The notes: generated from the letters alone by a model not told the origin. A stretch of 61,899 nucleotides of DNA, filler included, from Globobulimina sp. (GCA_003354225.1; 23 parts of 23 records of this genome joined end to end with filler, not necessarily neighbours in it), one strand, 5' to 3'. Counted from the first letter of the whole stretch, positions 22,806 to 35,791 are shown. Numbers and translations: made by a program.

Positions 22806-23795
22806 TCACGGAATGGATGTGTTGTGTATATATGCACAATACGGTGGATACATGCAAACAATACACGCACAATATCTGTATATTGGTGACAACTGCTGTC
22901 CAAACAACAAATACACTAATGAAAGGTTAATCCAAATTAAAGATTCTAGCATTGCTGGAGGATGCTTGTTTGCAGTAATTAAACACCGCAAAAATATATA
23001 TAATACCAACAATCTCTGACACCATTTTATCACTAATACTGTTGCTTTTGAATTTATCCAATTGCGGCGAAGACATAATAACATAAAAAATGCAACATGC
23101 AAGATCAATATCACTGGAATCAAGTAATTTGAAACAAATCGAATAATGTCAGGTGTTACCATGAATTCATTCATTGTCGCAATGTGTGAAATTCTTCGAG
23201 CTTCAAAAATCATCAATGCTGAAAAAATGGCAGTCTGTGATGTGATATATGTTGCATCACCCCATATACGGTTACTGCTCCTGTCCAAATTATGTTTTTT
23301 TTGAATTTCCCAATGTCTAAACAACTCTTTACCTAAATACAAATACAAACATACAGATATTATACCAACACAATAGTCCGCAATGCAACCCTTTCCTTGA
23401 ATAATTGTAACACAACACCAAGATACCCAACTTGGTAACATAACGTGATCGCAAAACACATGTATCCAGAAACATGAATATTGTTCAGATTGTTTCGGAA
23501 ATAATTTAGCTCCCACTACTGTATGTCTGCCATTTTCTGCTAATTTGTGTAAGTTATGTTTGCTTCGAAGAACGAATGTAGGAAGTCCAGGGGTTCCTGT
23601 TGCTAATATCCAGCCTGTTATTACAATGCCACAAAATGTGAGTGCATTCAACGAGAGTAAGCTACCATATCCAACAAATAATTGCTTAACTCCAATGTAT
23701 GGTGCAAAAAATAATATGATGGCACAGCAGGCATTTACAACAGAACTAATTGAATGGATCACTACTACCAAACGGTTGAGTTTGAAATGTTTCAT
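22806..23795 (-). CDS. Hypothetical multi-pass membrane protein
   Basis: 329-aa ORF with about 7-8 hydrophobic segments; the start is uncertain. Confidence 0.55.
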   Translation of the reverse strand: MKHFKLNRLVVVIHSISSVVNACCAIILFFAPYIGVKQLFVGYGSLLSLNALTFCGIVITGWILATGTPGLPTFVLRSKHNLHKLAENGRHTVVGAKLFPKQSEQYSCFWIHVFCDHVMLPSWVSWCCVTIIQGKGCIADYCVGIISVCLYLYLGKELFRHWEIQKKHNLDRSSNRIWGDATYITSQTAIFSALMIFEARRISHIATMNEFMVTPDIIRFVSNYLIPVILILHVAFFMLLCLRRNWINSKATVLVIKWCQRLLVLYIFLRCLITANKHPPAMLESLIWINLSLVYLLFGQQLSPIYRYCACIVCMYPPYCAYIHNTSIP

Positions 23796-24799
23796 CAGCT
23801 CCGAGTTGCGTTGAATGGATAAAGCTGCAATGCACTTATTCTAGATTATAGAGGGATAACTACTTTGTGACAGATGTGTTGCTGAAAGAAGAAGATCTGA
23901 TATTTTTGACTTTTATGCTAATAATAGTATGATTGTCCGTCATAATCAGCTACAGTTAGCTATAATTAATGATTCTGCGATACAGCTGAAATGATTGCAT
24001 TTGACTCTGAAAGATTGCATTACCAAACCACATCGTCACAAGAATATGGAGCCGTGACTCCTAACAATGATTTTTGTTCAGATTTGACGGTGTTAGTCAA
24101 GGTTCAGTACCTAAATGATCTCTAAATAAACTCTACTGCTGATAATCAAAGATAGCTGTGCAATGTGTCAATTNNNNNNNNNNNNNNNNNNNNNNNNNNN
24201 NNNNNNNNNNNNNNNNNTTAATTAATTAANNNNNNNNNNNNNNNNNNNNNNNNNNNNNNNNNNNNNNNNNNNNCTGAGAAATGACATCATGTATTCTACG
24301 GACATACATTTGTGTATAATAAGTATAAACAAACAATATTCACCAATAAACTGCATCCAATTACATTTAATCGTGATGGATGATGGATGGAATGCCTCTA
24401 CAATGAAAACACAATCGATTCGACCATCTGGGGGATTTTGCCAAAGAGCATACTTAGTTACAAAGTGAAGCACTCAAATGTTAGTAAAAATAGAAAATTT
24501 AAATGTTGATTGAAGAAATGAACTAAAAGCAAAAACCCTAATCCATTGGATTATTTATTAAGTTTTCTCTAACACCACAAATCCAAATATAAATGTAGTT
24601 GATGATGAATATGAATTGCCTCAAACTAAAAGCCAACCACTGACCCAAACTTTGTCTTGTGTTTGTTCTGTGTTTGTTATAACTTTGTCTTGGGTTTGCA
24701 AATCGAGAACAAAGTCAGAACAAATTTATAATTGAATTTTCGGTATACTTGCATCACATTTACATAAAGACTAGTCGAAGTAGACGAATTAGAAGAATC

Positions 24800-25611
24800 A
24801 TGATGCAACTCACATTAATTGTGTTATCAATATATTTGCCATATCAAGCATTATCCAAAAAATATAATGTTAATCTCGTTTGGCAGCAACTATTGACAGA
24901 ATCTGGTCTCGAAGCTTTATGTCCCGGCAATAAAATACCTATTCCTGAGCCATTTGAAAAGACATCAGATCAGATGTTGAAGAATGGAATAGTGCCTTAG
25001 CGGTATGTATGATGAAATGGTTCAATGAAGGAATGCCAGCTGGAACACCATTCGTTTCTATGTATAGTGATATTATAGCAACAATAATGATTATGAGTGT
25101 TTTTCGACGATATCCGGGCCGGGGCGCCATACATGGATTATATTAAACGGTGGGTTAATGTTTAGTCGTTCATCATTTACAAATTCTAGGCAAAAATCGT
25201 ATTTTTGGGATATTACCATACCACGACTTGGAAGGGGGAGCCATTAAAAATGATAAATGTATTCACCAATATTCCTTTAATTTTGATCGTGATGAGGGCA
25301 ATTATGGCGTTCTTAAAAGATACAATTTCTTTAGCAATGGTAATAAAGAAAAAAAAGTATTAAAATGGGCTCGTCAGAGTGTAATCGCAAGATCTGTCTC
25401 TTCATTTTCTCTCAAAATTGATAATTTTAATAAGAATAATGAGTATATTTATGTTGATAAAAGAATTGTGTTTTTTTGTGTAGGATTGTCCGTTTTATTG
25501 GTTGTGTTTATGGCGATTTGTACAATTGTTCCGTGGATAGCCAGGATAGGCTTTAGACGACGCAAAATTGAAATGTTTGATGATTCAGAGTGTGATACTG
25601 ATATAATATGA
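24800..25611 (+). CDS. Hypothetical type I membrane protein, intron-containing
   Basis: Signal peptide MMQLTLIVLSIYLPYQALS; the last exon encodes a TM helix followed by RRRK. Confidence 0.5.
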
Positions 25612-25937
25612 TTTGTATTTGCAAACTTATATTAAGAGCATGCGGTCATTTAATTTCTCCGAACACTTCTGGAGAAATGCTCTTTGTTACTTACTTATAT
25701 TTTTTTTTTTACTTATTACTTACTTATAGTATTTTTATAATTTTATTGTATACACAAACTTACCCATCGTCCATCGATTAGGTATTTTATTTACGGATAA
25801 TGTCATTGGTCTGCACCGATCAGATCGCATTTTGAAATGCAGTCATAAAAATGTGTTTGCTCTCAAAAAAAGTAACTCAACGATATATTACTACCGACTA
25901 TGTGACAATACTTGAAATGTTTTCACAAAACATAATG

Positions 25938-26030
25938 TTTGCATTGGGTTTGCATTGGGTTTGCATTGGGTTTGCGAAAAACCAATATTGCAAATGTACA
26001 GTTGCATTCACATTGCAAACCCAATGCAAA
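25938..26030. repeat. Small inverted-repeat element: (TTTGCATTGGG)x3 ... GCAAACCCAATGCAAA
   Basis: Three tandem 11-mers followed about 40 bp later by their reverse complement. Confidence 0.7.
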
Positions 26031-26241
26031 TTTTACTTGCAAGAAACACCTCGCGGTCATATATTTCTGAAAAGGAAAAAAAATAAATGCAGTTATAACC
26101 CCAAATAAGAGATGCAAAAGTAAACACACACACAAATTGAAAGTCAAATAAAGCAATGTGGTATGAAATAAGGCATATAATAGAATATAAAAATAAAACA
26201 ATATATGATAGTTAATCGAAGTCAGTATAACAAAAAGTAAT

Positions 26242-26869
26242 TTATATTCCCTCATTTTCATCATTATCATAATCATCCTCATCTTCATAGTCATCTTCAT
26301 CTTCATAGTCATCCTCAGAATCATCAAAACCAACACCCGCAGCATTAAGCGCAGTGTTTTCAACTAATCCAATATCTATACGTTGATTTTTATTTTGCTC
26401 AACAAATGAATTCTTGCTCACATGTTTGTATTTCTTTTTTTGTTGCTTTTTGTATTCCATTCTCCAAATATATTTTTTACAAATACAATAATGTATAAAT
26501 AAACCACCGACTAATCCTAAAATTCCTCCTCCAATCGATATAAATATAACATACAATGTATTACTATCCATATGCAATCCCAATAAATCAAATGGACCAT
26601 CATTGGTCGTGTCCTTTGTACGCACAAACGGTGATAATGTTGGATCAGACGTTGGATTATATGTTGGTACAAATGTCGGTCCAAATGTTGGCTCAAATGT
26701 CGGCTCAAACGTTGGCTCAAATGTCGGTTCGAACGTTGGCTCAAATGTTGGTTCGAACGTTGGGTCACTTGTTGGGTTATACGTTGGATCTTTTGTTGGG
26801 TCATTTGTTGGATCGTTTGTAGGGTCTGTTGTTGGATCAGATGTTGGATCCGATGTTGGATCTGAGGTT
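26242..26869 (-). CDS. PT-repeat single-pass membrane protein, 5'-partial
   Basis: (TSDP/TNDP/TFEP)n tract, TM helix LYVIFISIGGGILGLVGGLFIHYCIC, basic stop-transfer and acidic tail. Confidence 0.8.
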
Positions 26870-27094
26870 NNNNNNNNNNNNNNNNNNNNNNNNNNNNNNN
26901 NNNNNNNNNNNNNTTAATTAATTAANNNNNNNNNNNNNNNNNNNNNNNNNNNNNNNNNNNNNNNNNNNNCAAGTGGATCAGGGAAAAGCACCTTGGCTAA
27001 TGCAATAATGGGAATAAACAAATGAGTAGTCAGTCGGAGTCAGTATCCGAAACTACAGAGAATACCATGTACTCTTAGAATAACACTTACAACG

Positions 27095-28703
27095 ATGCTT
27101 TATTTGTTTGGATGGTTTTTATTGTTTATTGTAAATGCAAAAGTTAAATGTAAGTCCCCCAAAGGATGGAAATGTGATTTTGCTGCCGAATTTTCACAAA
27201 TCGATGGAGATCACGCTTATTGTGATTTTGATGTAATTTCAATGGAAACCCCGTATGCATTTGTCTTATTACTCTTATATTATATAAATATAATGTCATA
27301 ACTCATGCTCATGAATTTTTGAGTTTGCACGAATTTTTAGAAAAATATTATATGAAAAAGCCCGTTGCTATTAATACAAAATTGTCTGATTGGACAAATA
27401 CGACATTCTGGGAAAAGAATAATTTATTAAACGATTATGGAGACTATGAATTTGATGTAGGTAAATCTATAAATTTAGTGTTGTACGCCGGTGTGGCTAA
27501 AAACAAAATGAAATTAGCACAATATGTGCATGACAATGATGCAAATCTCAACAATTATACACTGCTGGAACCATTATATATTTTTGATCGAACCATATGG
27601 AATCAAGAGGATCACAACTTTTTATCAAACCATATTGATGGTGGAAACATTAAATTTTATGATTATGCCGCATCAAAAATCAATTATAACGCGCAAATAT
27701 TAGCAATGGGGCCAACAGGAACCGGTGCGACCTGGCACGCGCATGGCGAGAACTGGTTATTTATGTTAATGGGCCAGAAAAGAGTCTTTTTATACCCACC
27801 AAACTTGCATCCTGTTGGCGGATTTTGGCCGGGCTATTCCTCCAAAGATTGGTTCAATAAAATTTATCCTCATTTGCATTCAAAATATGAGTACAATTAT
27901 TTCAATTCAAATCCGGATTATAATTTTCTGTTTGAGTCGCAATTTATGGATAAATTCAATAAGCAGCAACCTTCAATATTTTCTCGTAACATTTCTGATA
28001 TTTTTGCATTTGCGTACACTAACTTTAAACCATTGGAATGCATAGCAAATGCTGGACAAATAGGTTTGGTTATTGTTTAGTTATATTTTTTTCAAAGACT
28101 ACTATATGTACATGGTACATACATAAAGTTTATATTCCAGAGTTTTGGTGGCACGCTGTACTTAATGTAGGTGATGCGGCAGGCATTGCGGTGCAGACAT
28201 CAACAGCGAAGGCACCGTGGATGCTGGAGAGGGACATTCATGACGGTGTACGGCATAAACTGCGAAGTGGCAATCATTGGACTGATTTGGAAGAAGAAGT
28301 TAATCGATTTGAAAGTGTAAAAGTCTATAAAAGATTGAAAGAATATGGTCCATTGAGTGCTGTTCATGAATTTTTCATTGGATTCGAATATTATGAGATC
28401 GCGATAGCAAATAAGTTTTATCTTAAAAAAGCAATCACACATTTTACAAATGCAATATTAATGGATTCGACCTATATTGAGGCTTATAAATATTTGTCAA
28501 GGATTTATAGTTCTGATGATGCAAAGAATAAATATTATGATATTAATAAAGCAGAGGATTTGTTGAGAATCGCATATTTACTAAGTCCAAATAATGAGGA
28601 AGTCCGAAGTGAATTAATGCGAGTTTTTATTAAACAAAATGATAGGAATTCGTGGGAAATAGTCCGACAAAAACAGCCGTTGCCATTTAAATCTTTACGT
28701 TGA
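27095..28703 (+). CDS. JmjC-domain protein (JMJD8-like) with signal peptide and C-terminal TPR-like repeats; introns about 27253-27323 and 28063-28128
   Basis: MGPTGTGATWHAHGENW, GQKRVFLYPP and the spliced GQIVYIPEFWWHAVLN; TPR-like AITHFTNAILMDSTYIEAY and AYLLSPNN. Confidence 0.8.
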
Positions 28704-28944
28704 GTCGTTGACATATATTATATGGACAATGTACATTGTATAATAACTGAACTGAAGACAATGCATATTTAATACTTTCACATATTCGAATTGCCATTTC
28801 CGCAGTCCGATCCATTGCCCAATATTTTTGCGTCTATTAAAACCAAATAGACCACCTGTAATATTTACCACCAATTGCATAACGAACCCAACACTAAAGT
28901 CCTGTTAATATTAAGATTTTCTTGAAGTGAGCACAGACCGAAAC

Positions 28945-29337
28945 ATGGCAGAAGCTAAAGATTGTCGGACATTTATAAATAATGTTGCAGCATTGAAATC
29001 ATACCGTGATTTGGAAACGATTGAGACTGGTGGTGATAAAATAACATTGAAATTATTAAAAAAATGGAATCCTGTAACAACTGATAGTGCCATAATGGAT
29101 GAAGATTATGATGAGGAATCAAATAAATTCTATTTAATATTATGTTTAAAGGGTAAAAATGCGCCGGTGCGGTGTAATTGGAAAAGCATTCATAAAAAAA
29201 CCCTCAAATCGATTAAGTTTATGCAGTATTACTGGAAACAAACTCAAACTATTACCAGAATGCCAAAGGATGCTGATGAAGTAACCAATTTGTGGAATAA
29301 TTATATTGTTGCCAAATATGCACAAACCGGACACTGA
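28945..29337 (+). CDS. Hypothetical protein
   Basis: 130-aa ORF with normal composition; no confident domain. Confidence 0.4.
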   Translation: MAEAKDCRTFINNVAALKSYRDLETIETGGDKITLKLLKKWNPVTTDSAIMDEDYDEESNKFYLILCLKGKNAPVRCNWKSIHKKTLKSIKFMQYYWKQTQTITRMPKDADEVTNLWNNYIVAKYAQTGH

Positions 29338-29665
29338 TCGGATATTTTAACAGTTAACATTGTTGTTCTCATTTTAAGTTAACATTGTTATTTTTCTTCT
29401 TTTCAGCACTTGGATGTGCTTTTCGTGACAAATACTTTTCGTGAATATCCAAGTGCTGGAATTTCAGCTTATGGATCATGTAAATCGAGAATAAAATGAA
29501 AAAAAAAAGCAAACTGGCAATCGATTACATATAATTCGAAATGAAAAATAACCCACAAAAAAAAANNNNNNNNNNNNNNNNNNNNNNNNNNNNNNNNNNN
29601 NNNNNNNNNTTAATTAATTAANNNNNNNNNNNNNNNNNNNNNNNNNNNNNNNNNNNNNNNNNNNN

Positions 29666-32001
29666 ATAAACACATAACAACAGAATATTATGTCTAGCTT
29701 TGCCACTGTGACAGAGTCAAATCCAGAACAATCGATAACGACATCAGGTTATTCGTTAAACACTGAATATCATTATACTTTGTATCAAACGCAAAGAAGG
29801 TTAACAGTTACATTTGGTGGAGATTATGTGTATGATGATATCTATAATTATAGTGGCGGCACTGGTGAAGTAACAGGCGTTGCTGCATCGCATCCCATTG
29901 TAATGAATCAGGCCATTAATTTAGGCAGTATTTGGGCGGATGAGTTTGATGCTACAATAAGAAATTTAGTGGTTACTACAGCAAATTCACCTGAAACAAC
30001 ATTCTGGTATTTATTTTTTTATTTTTTATAAAATACATATTAATTCATAACTTATATTGTTGTAAGGAATTACATCTGCGATTGGGACGACAGATGGACG
30101 ACACGTAGTGGTGGCGACTGGGTGTGGGGAGGGATTGGTATTGGAATTGATGGAGATTGCAGTGTCCGACAGTCGTATACAGGAACCCCGACTACCTGGG
30201 CCTGGATTGGAGAGAAAGATCCAGACTCATTGCTGTGGACCGACTATAAAATAGAAATGATCATAAATTTAATGTAAATTCAGTACCGCAACCTATGTGA
30301 TGTGGATAACTAGTTTAATAACACAAACATATGTGATGTGATGTGATGTTATGTGAATATTAAACTAGTCGTCGTATCTGTTATTTTCATATATGTTGTG
30401 GTATTGTTATAAGATCTGGAGCTTCTGTTGGACCTCTTTTCCGTGCAACGAATGTCGATTGTGGTGTGAATGCGTGTGGTAACGCTTACATTCTCAGACT
30501 GAAGCCCAGCGGATATGAGTTTGGTAAGTTTGATGTCAGTCATATTATTCTATACAAACATTCAATGGGAGCAGGAGCACATTCCTTGGGTACACCGTAT
30601 TTAGTCCGTGTCGAATGTGTTGGAAATACATTCAAAATTTATGAAGACAATAAATATTTATTTAATTATTCAGATGCTAGTTATGCCGTTGGATCTGTTG
30701 GCATTAGAACGGCTTCCAGTGATGCCAGAATATCTAAAGTGCGTATTACGTTTCCGCAGAATCAACAAAGGTACACTGCCGATCCATCAGCAGCACCCAC
30801 ATTTATGCCTACGTCAGTACCAACCAAAACACCAACTATTTTCCCAACAACATTACCAACAAAATCACCAACATTTGAACCTACATTTATACCCACATCA
30901 ATCCCATCACTACAAACCAAAGCACCTACAAATCCAACTAATTCCCCAACAAAATCACCAACAACTTCTATGCCAACAACTTCTGAGCCAACAACTTCTG
31001 TGCCCACAACTTCTGTGCCAACAACTTCTGTGCCAACCAAATATCCATCCACGTCACCAAGTAAATCACCAACTAATTTACCAACAACATCACCAACATT
31101 CGCAAAACAAGAACAAGAACAAAGAGAAACCACAATATATTCCGCAGGGAACGATTATGAAAGTAACATTGGTGCAAATCAAAAAGGTAGTAATTATGGT
31201 CTGTATATTGCAGTGATTATTATTGTTATATTTTTGGCATTTTGTGGAATTTCTGCATTATTTTTTTATAAATTTTGGAAGAAAAAACAAATAAATATCG
31301 CAATGATTTTAAAGGATCGGGTTTCGAGTATGAGTAATGTCGAAATAGTAAATGTAAAAAGTAGCGGAGATGATGGCGTTGTTATTGCGGATATTAATGA
31401 AACATATTTGGATATTATGGATAATTCGGGAGATAATAATGATAGTGATTTGGTGGGAATTATTAATAAAACAGATATGGGAATGATTAATATGAGTGAT
31501 GCAGTGGATAATGACAATGATGTCTTAGAAATGGTGAATAAAACAAATATTGGAATTATGGATAATTTATATGGTGATGATGTGGTTGAAACTGATGGTG
31601 GATATATTGATGATTTTGTGATTGAAGATTCATCAGAAAATCAAACAAATGGAAATCCGATTACAAAAGTTGACTTTGGCGAAAATAATTTTATTATTCA
31701 TGATTTTGCAGCAAAACAAATAATTTATACTGAGTCAGGTATTTTGGCTGAACATGCGGAGAATGATTATGATATTAATGAGGATGGAGCAAAAGCGATT
31801 AATTTGTGGTTGGATTCAATTGGATTGCTTAGATATTATGATATGTTTATTCAAAATGGTTTTGATTCACTGGAAATGATACAGGAAATAAATAATGAGA
31901 ATGATTTGAATAGGATTGGTATTACATTGCTTGCGCATCGATTAAAAATTATAAATCACATCGAAAAAATTGACATTAATTCATTAATTTTATTTTCATA
32001 A
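29666..32001 (+). CDS. Receptor-like type I membrane protein: concanavalin/DUF1080-like ectodomains, PT stalk, TM helix and cytoplasmic SAM domain; multi-exon, 5'-partial
   Basis: YLVRVECVGNTFKIYED...GSVGIRT; PT repeats; TM LYIAVIIIVIFLAFCGISALFFY; SAM motif WLDSIGLLRYYDMFIQNGFDSLEMI...IGITLLAHRLKI. Confidence 0.8.
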
Positions 32002-32361
32002 ATCTATTGTATACATTGTGTGTACATAATATGTTTTTACATTTAACCACAATACTGTTAATATATCACTTGTTTTACTCAGCAACGAAAAGTGGGTTTT
32101 ACCACCCAACACTAAACGATCGATCAACAACAAAACAGATCATGGATCAGAAATTACTAATTTAAAACTTTGAAGGCTCTGAAATTTAGTACTTCTTCAA
32201 AACACTAAGAAATCAATTATTACGAATTTCGAATCGATTTACCCTTTTTTTTTTTGATCAANNNNNNNNNNNNNNNNNNNNNNNNNNNNNNNNNNNNNNN
32301 NNNNNTTAATTAATTAANNNNNNNNNNNNNNNNNNNNNNNNNNNNNNNNNNNNNNNNNNNN

Positions 32362-32455
32362 TTGCTCCCTTCACATATGTACCATCGTGATATGCGGTGA
32401 GTGTTACTTCTTTGGCAATTGATCGAGTCAATAATAAGCAGAGGATGACATGCAT
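32362..32455 (-). CDS. 5' end of a secreted-protein gene, divergent from INTS11
   Basis: MHVILCLLLTRSIAKEVTLTAYHDGTYVKG runs off the contig edge. Confidence 0.4.
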
Positions 32456-32541
32456 TTTGGCTGAAGACAAATGAAGATCCTTGCACTGTTTTCTTTAATT
32501 AATTTACCAAATTTAAATTTTAAGGTCATTGTTTAGAAGCA

Positions 32542-34458
32542 ATGGCAAATATCTTTTCCAACAGTAAAATTGAAGTAATTGTGTTGGGAGCGGGCCAAGA
32601 TGTGGGTCGAAGCTGCATCGTAGTCCGAATGGGAGATAAAACAGTGATGTTTGATTGCGGCATTCATTTGGGCTACAATGACCATCGGAAATTTCCAGAT
32701 TTTAAACAATTGGCACATTATTATCCGAATGCGAAGTCATATGACGAAGTAATTGATTGTGTGATAATATCCCATTTCCATTTGGATCATGTCGGAGCTT
32801 TGCCTTATTTCACGGAACATGCTCATCCGAATAAATTCAACAATAAAATCATTATGACCCATCCCACAAAAGCAATCTGTCCCATTTTGTTGAATGATTG
32901 GAGCAAAATCCAACGTAAACAGCATATGCATCACCACAAAGATAAGAAAAAACTGACATTTAATTCTGACGATATCAGCAAATGTATGGCTAAGTCGACG
33001 GGAATCTGCTTGCATGAAACGTATGAAATCAGCACCAATTTCTGCGTCAAGGCGTATTATGCCGGCCACGTATTGGGCGCTGCCATGTTTTTAGTAAAAT
33101 ATAAGGATTTATCCGTGCTATACACTGGCGATTATAATATGACACCCGATCGCCATTTAGCCGGTGCCTCGGCGGAGCGGTGCCGGCCGGACCTATTAAT
33201 CACAGAGTCGACGTACGCGACAATGATAAGGCAGTCTCGCCGCATTCGGGAACGCAACTTCTTCACAAAAGTACATGACTGCATCTCCAACGGCGGCAAA
33301 GTGTTAATTCCCGTCTTCGCCTTAGGCCGTGCCCAGGAACTCATGATTCTGCTCTCCAGCTATTGGCAGAGAATGGACCTCCACATTCCCATCTATTTCA
33401 GTGCCGGTTTGGCGCAAAAAGCAAACGATTATTACAAGTTTTTCATATTTTGGTGCAACGAGTCGGTGAAACGCAATTTGTTGCAAAAGCAGCAGAATGT
33501 GTTTGATTTCACTCATATTAAGAAGTGGGAGAACAGCTACATGCATTCGGAGAAAGAGTGCGTTTTGTTGGCGACGACGGGGATGTTACACGCGGGGACT
33601 TCGCTGCGTGTCTTCAAAGAATGGTGCTGCAGTCCCAAAAACTTGCTGGTTTTGCCCGGATATTGTGTACAAAACACGGTTGGCGGACAAATATTGTCCG
33701 GTAAGAAAGTCATACAAATCGAGAGCAAATCGTATCAGATTGCGATGCAAATTGCAAATCTCTCATTTTCTGCACATGCCGACATGAAAGGGATATTGCA
33801 GTTAATTCGCAATGTGGCGCCAAAGAATGTGATGTTAGTACACGGCGAATATACGAAAATGAAGTCGTTGAAACGCAAAATTGAATGCGAGCTTTCATTG
33901 AAATGTTTTACGCCGTTCAATGGACAGTATTTAAAGATTGAGCCGTGGCAATATTTGGCGATGAAGGTAAAGAGAGAGGATATTTACAATGAGAAGAAGC
34001 ACAGAAATGAGTTAAAAGGACATTTGATTTTGAATAAGAATGAAATAATAATGACCAACAATGATGTTTGTGATTTGTTGAATGTTTCGCAGCATCAGGT
34101 CTTATTTGATTTGTTTTGCTGTTTTACACCAAACCATTTATTAAAGAATGAGAATAAGAATAATATGAAAGCGGCCTTGTTGTGGTTATATGATACAATT
34201 AAAAGGAATTTGTGCGACGACTATCAGGTTGAAAGGAAGGAGAAATGCATTGAGATTTATGAGAGTAATATGAAGAGCGAGGACTGTGTGACTATGTATA
34301 TTGAGAAAAGGATAAATGAGCATGAAAATGAACAGAAAATGGATGTCGACTGTGACAATCATAAATTGACTGTAAAGATTATCTATCCACATAACTTGAT
34401 AGAGACTGCATCTTTGGTGCAATCCTTGGTTAATATTACCTGTGACTCTTATTGTTGA
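32542..34458 (+). CDS. INTS11: Integrator complex subunit 11 (CPSF73-II/CPSF3L), MBL/beta-CASP endonuclease
   Basis: LGAGQDVGRSCI, FDCGIHLGYNDHRKFPDF, SHFHLDHVGALPY, YTGDYNMTPDRHL, LITESTYAT, SFSAHAD, VMLVHGE. Confidence 0.93.
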   Translation: MANIFSNSKIEVIVLGAGQDVGRSCIVVRMGDKTVMFDCGIHLGYNDHRKFPDFKQLAHYYPNAKSYDEVIDCVIISHFHLDHVGALPYFTEHAHPNKFNNKIIMTHPTKAICPILLNDWSKIQRKQHMHHHKDKKKLTFNSDDISKCMAKSTGICLHETYEISTNFCVKAYYAGHVLGAAMFLVKYKDLSVLYTGDYNMTPDRHLAGASAERCRPDLLITESTYATMIRQSRRIRERNFFTKVHDCISNGGKVLIPVFALGRAQELMILLSSYWQRMDLHIPIYFSAGLAQKANDYYKFFIFWCNESVKRNLLQKQQNVFDFTHIKKWENSYMHSEKECVLLATTGMLHAGTSLRVFKEWCCSPKNLLVLPGYCVQNTVGGQILSGKKVIQIESKSYQIAMQIANLSFSAHADMKGILQLIRNVAPKNVMLVHGEYTKMKSLKRKIECELSLKCFTPFNGQYLKIEPWQYLAMKVKREDIYNEKKHRNELKGHLILNKNEIIMTNNDVCDLLNVSQHQVLFDLFCCFTPNHLLKNENKNNMKAALLWLYDTIKRNLCDDYQVERKEKCIEIYESNMKSEDCVTMYIEKRINEHENEQKMDVDCDNHKLTVKIIYPHNLIETASLVQSLVNITCDSYC

Positions 34459-34556
34459 AGTAAGTTTTCAAACACACTCACTCAAACTGCATCAGTACGT
34501 TGTGACGTTATTAACAACATAATTAATAATTAACATAAAATAAGAAAATAAGAAAT

Positions 34557-34957
34557 ATGGGATCAATCTGCTCAGCGAATGGAAATGAGGCAAACCACTT
34601 TGATTATCATGACATGCGTTCAAATCGAAGAAATACATTTAATTCAAATATGAAAATGGAGATTAAACCGTTAATTCCGCATTTCGAAGATATTGCGACA
34701 ATGACTGAAAAGGACATTTTTAACAAACTGCAGGAATGTGACGACATCGTACAATGCCTGTTGTATCTCCATACATTTTTGAAAGAAAACAAGATCTCAA
34801 CAAAGTTTGATGAATGTAAACTGCGTAGCATTGCTTTTCAAAGTTGTGACGAGGAGACATCGACATATTTGTGGCATATTAATGCGTTGATTGCCGCAGC
34901 AAAGGATTTCGAACATTTATTGTTTGGCTTAGAATGTATGTTTCGCCGATTTCTGGG
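34557..34957 (+). CDS. Hypothetical protein, 3'-partial, with a possible N-myristoylation start (MGSICS)
   Basis: Open frame to the contig edge. Confidence 0.5.
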
Positions 34958-35057
34958 NNNNNNNNNNNNNNNNNNNNNNNNNNNNNNNNNNNNNNNNNNN
35001 NTTAATTAATTAANNNNNNNNNNNNNNNNNNNNNNNNNNNNNNNNNNNNNNNNNNNN

Positions 35058-35651
35058 ATTTCCAAAATATAATATCGATCCTGACCCATTTGGTGGAAAT
35101 GATTTAAATATTATATCAAATTCAATGTAAATGTCGTCCAATATATCAATAACACCAATACGAGAAACTGCAGTCAGTGCTCGAACATAATCAGTTTTCA
35201 ATTTCAAGGGTTTAGGATAAGCACATAATGGGAAATATTTATCATCACAGTGCGTGTCTCTCCATTCATAATTAGATGCATTATATACACGAACACAATG
35301 ATCATTAATGTTATTCGGTTCACCATTTTTCCATGGGCCATTCCCATCATCTCCGTCGATATCTGTGCCATAATCCCAGTCTGTATCATCTGTCCATGCC
35401 CAGCCTGTCGTGCTATCATTCCTTAATCCAATCCATACAGTACCTAATGATGAAGACATAACTTTTTTTGCGTCAGTAAAATCTATATCATTATGTATTG
35501 ACGCTAAATGTGTGTCGTATCGAAATAAGCATAGACTCTCTGCGTCATCAAATGATAATGCCTCTTCTATCAGAATATAGTTTTGTGAATTCGCAACAAG
35601 GATTAATATATACGACAAAATCAGCATGTTTCTGTGTAAACAAGACTTCAT
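35058..35651 (-). CDS. Secreted C-type lectin domain protein, 3'-partial
   Basis: Signal peptide; AESLC..HLASIHN, VWIGL, WAWTD, WKNGEPNN..DHCV, WRDTHCD..FPLC. Confidence 0.9.
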
Positions 35652-35791
35652 TTTGATGAGACAGCTGCAGCTTACGCGTACATTATTACTCTAACAAACA
35701 ACTTTGTTTTGTAGTGAGTTTTCCGCCAATGTGCAAGGATCGAGTTCACGACACAAATATCAGTGTTCAATATGACAAATCTTATTCGTTC

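Noticed and set aside
25938-25975. Telomeric repeat (TTTGCATTGGG)n
   Set aside because: Only three internal copies, paired with an inverted copy, which fits a small foldback element better
26517-26917. VGSN-repeat and similar ORFs (also 30762-31133, 53873-54320, 15448-15843)
   Set aside because: These are antisense or alternative-frame shadows of PT-, RG- or Asn-rich coding repeats
28945-29337. Chromo-shadow domain
   Set aside because: Only a vague resemblance (FYLILCLKG...MQYY), not enough to call
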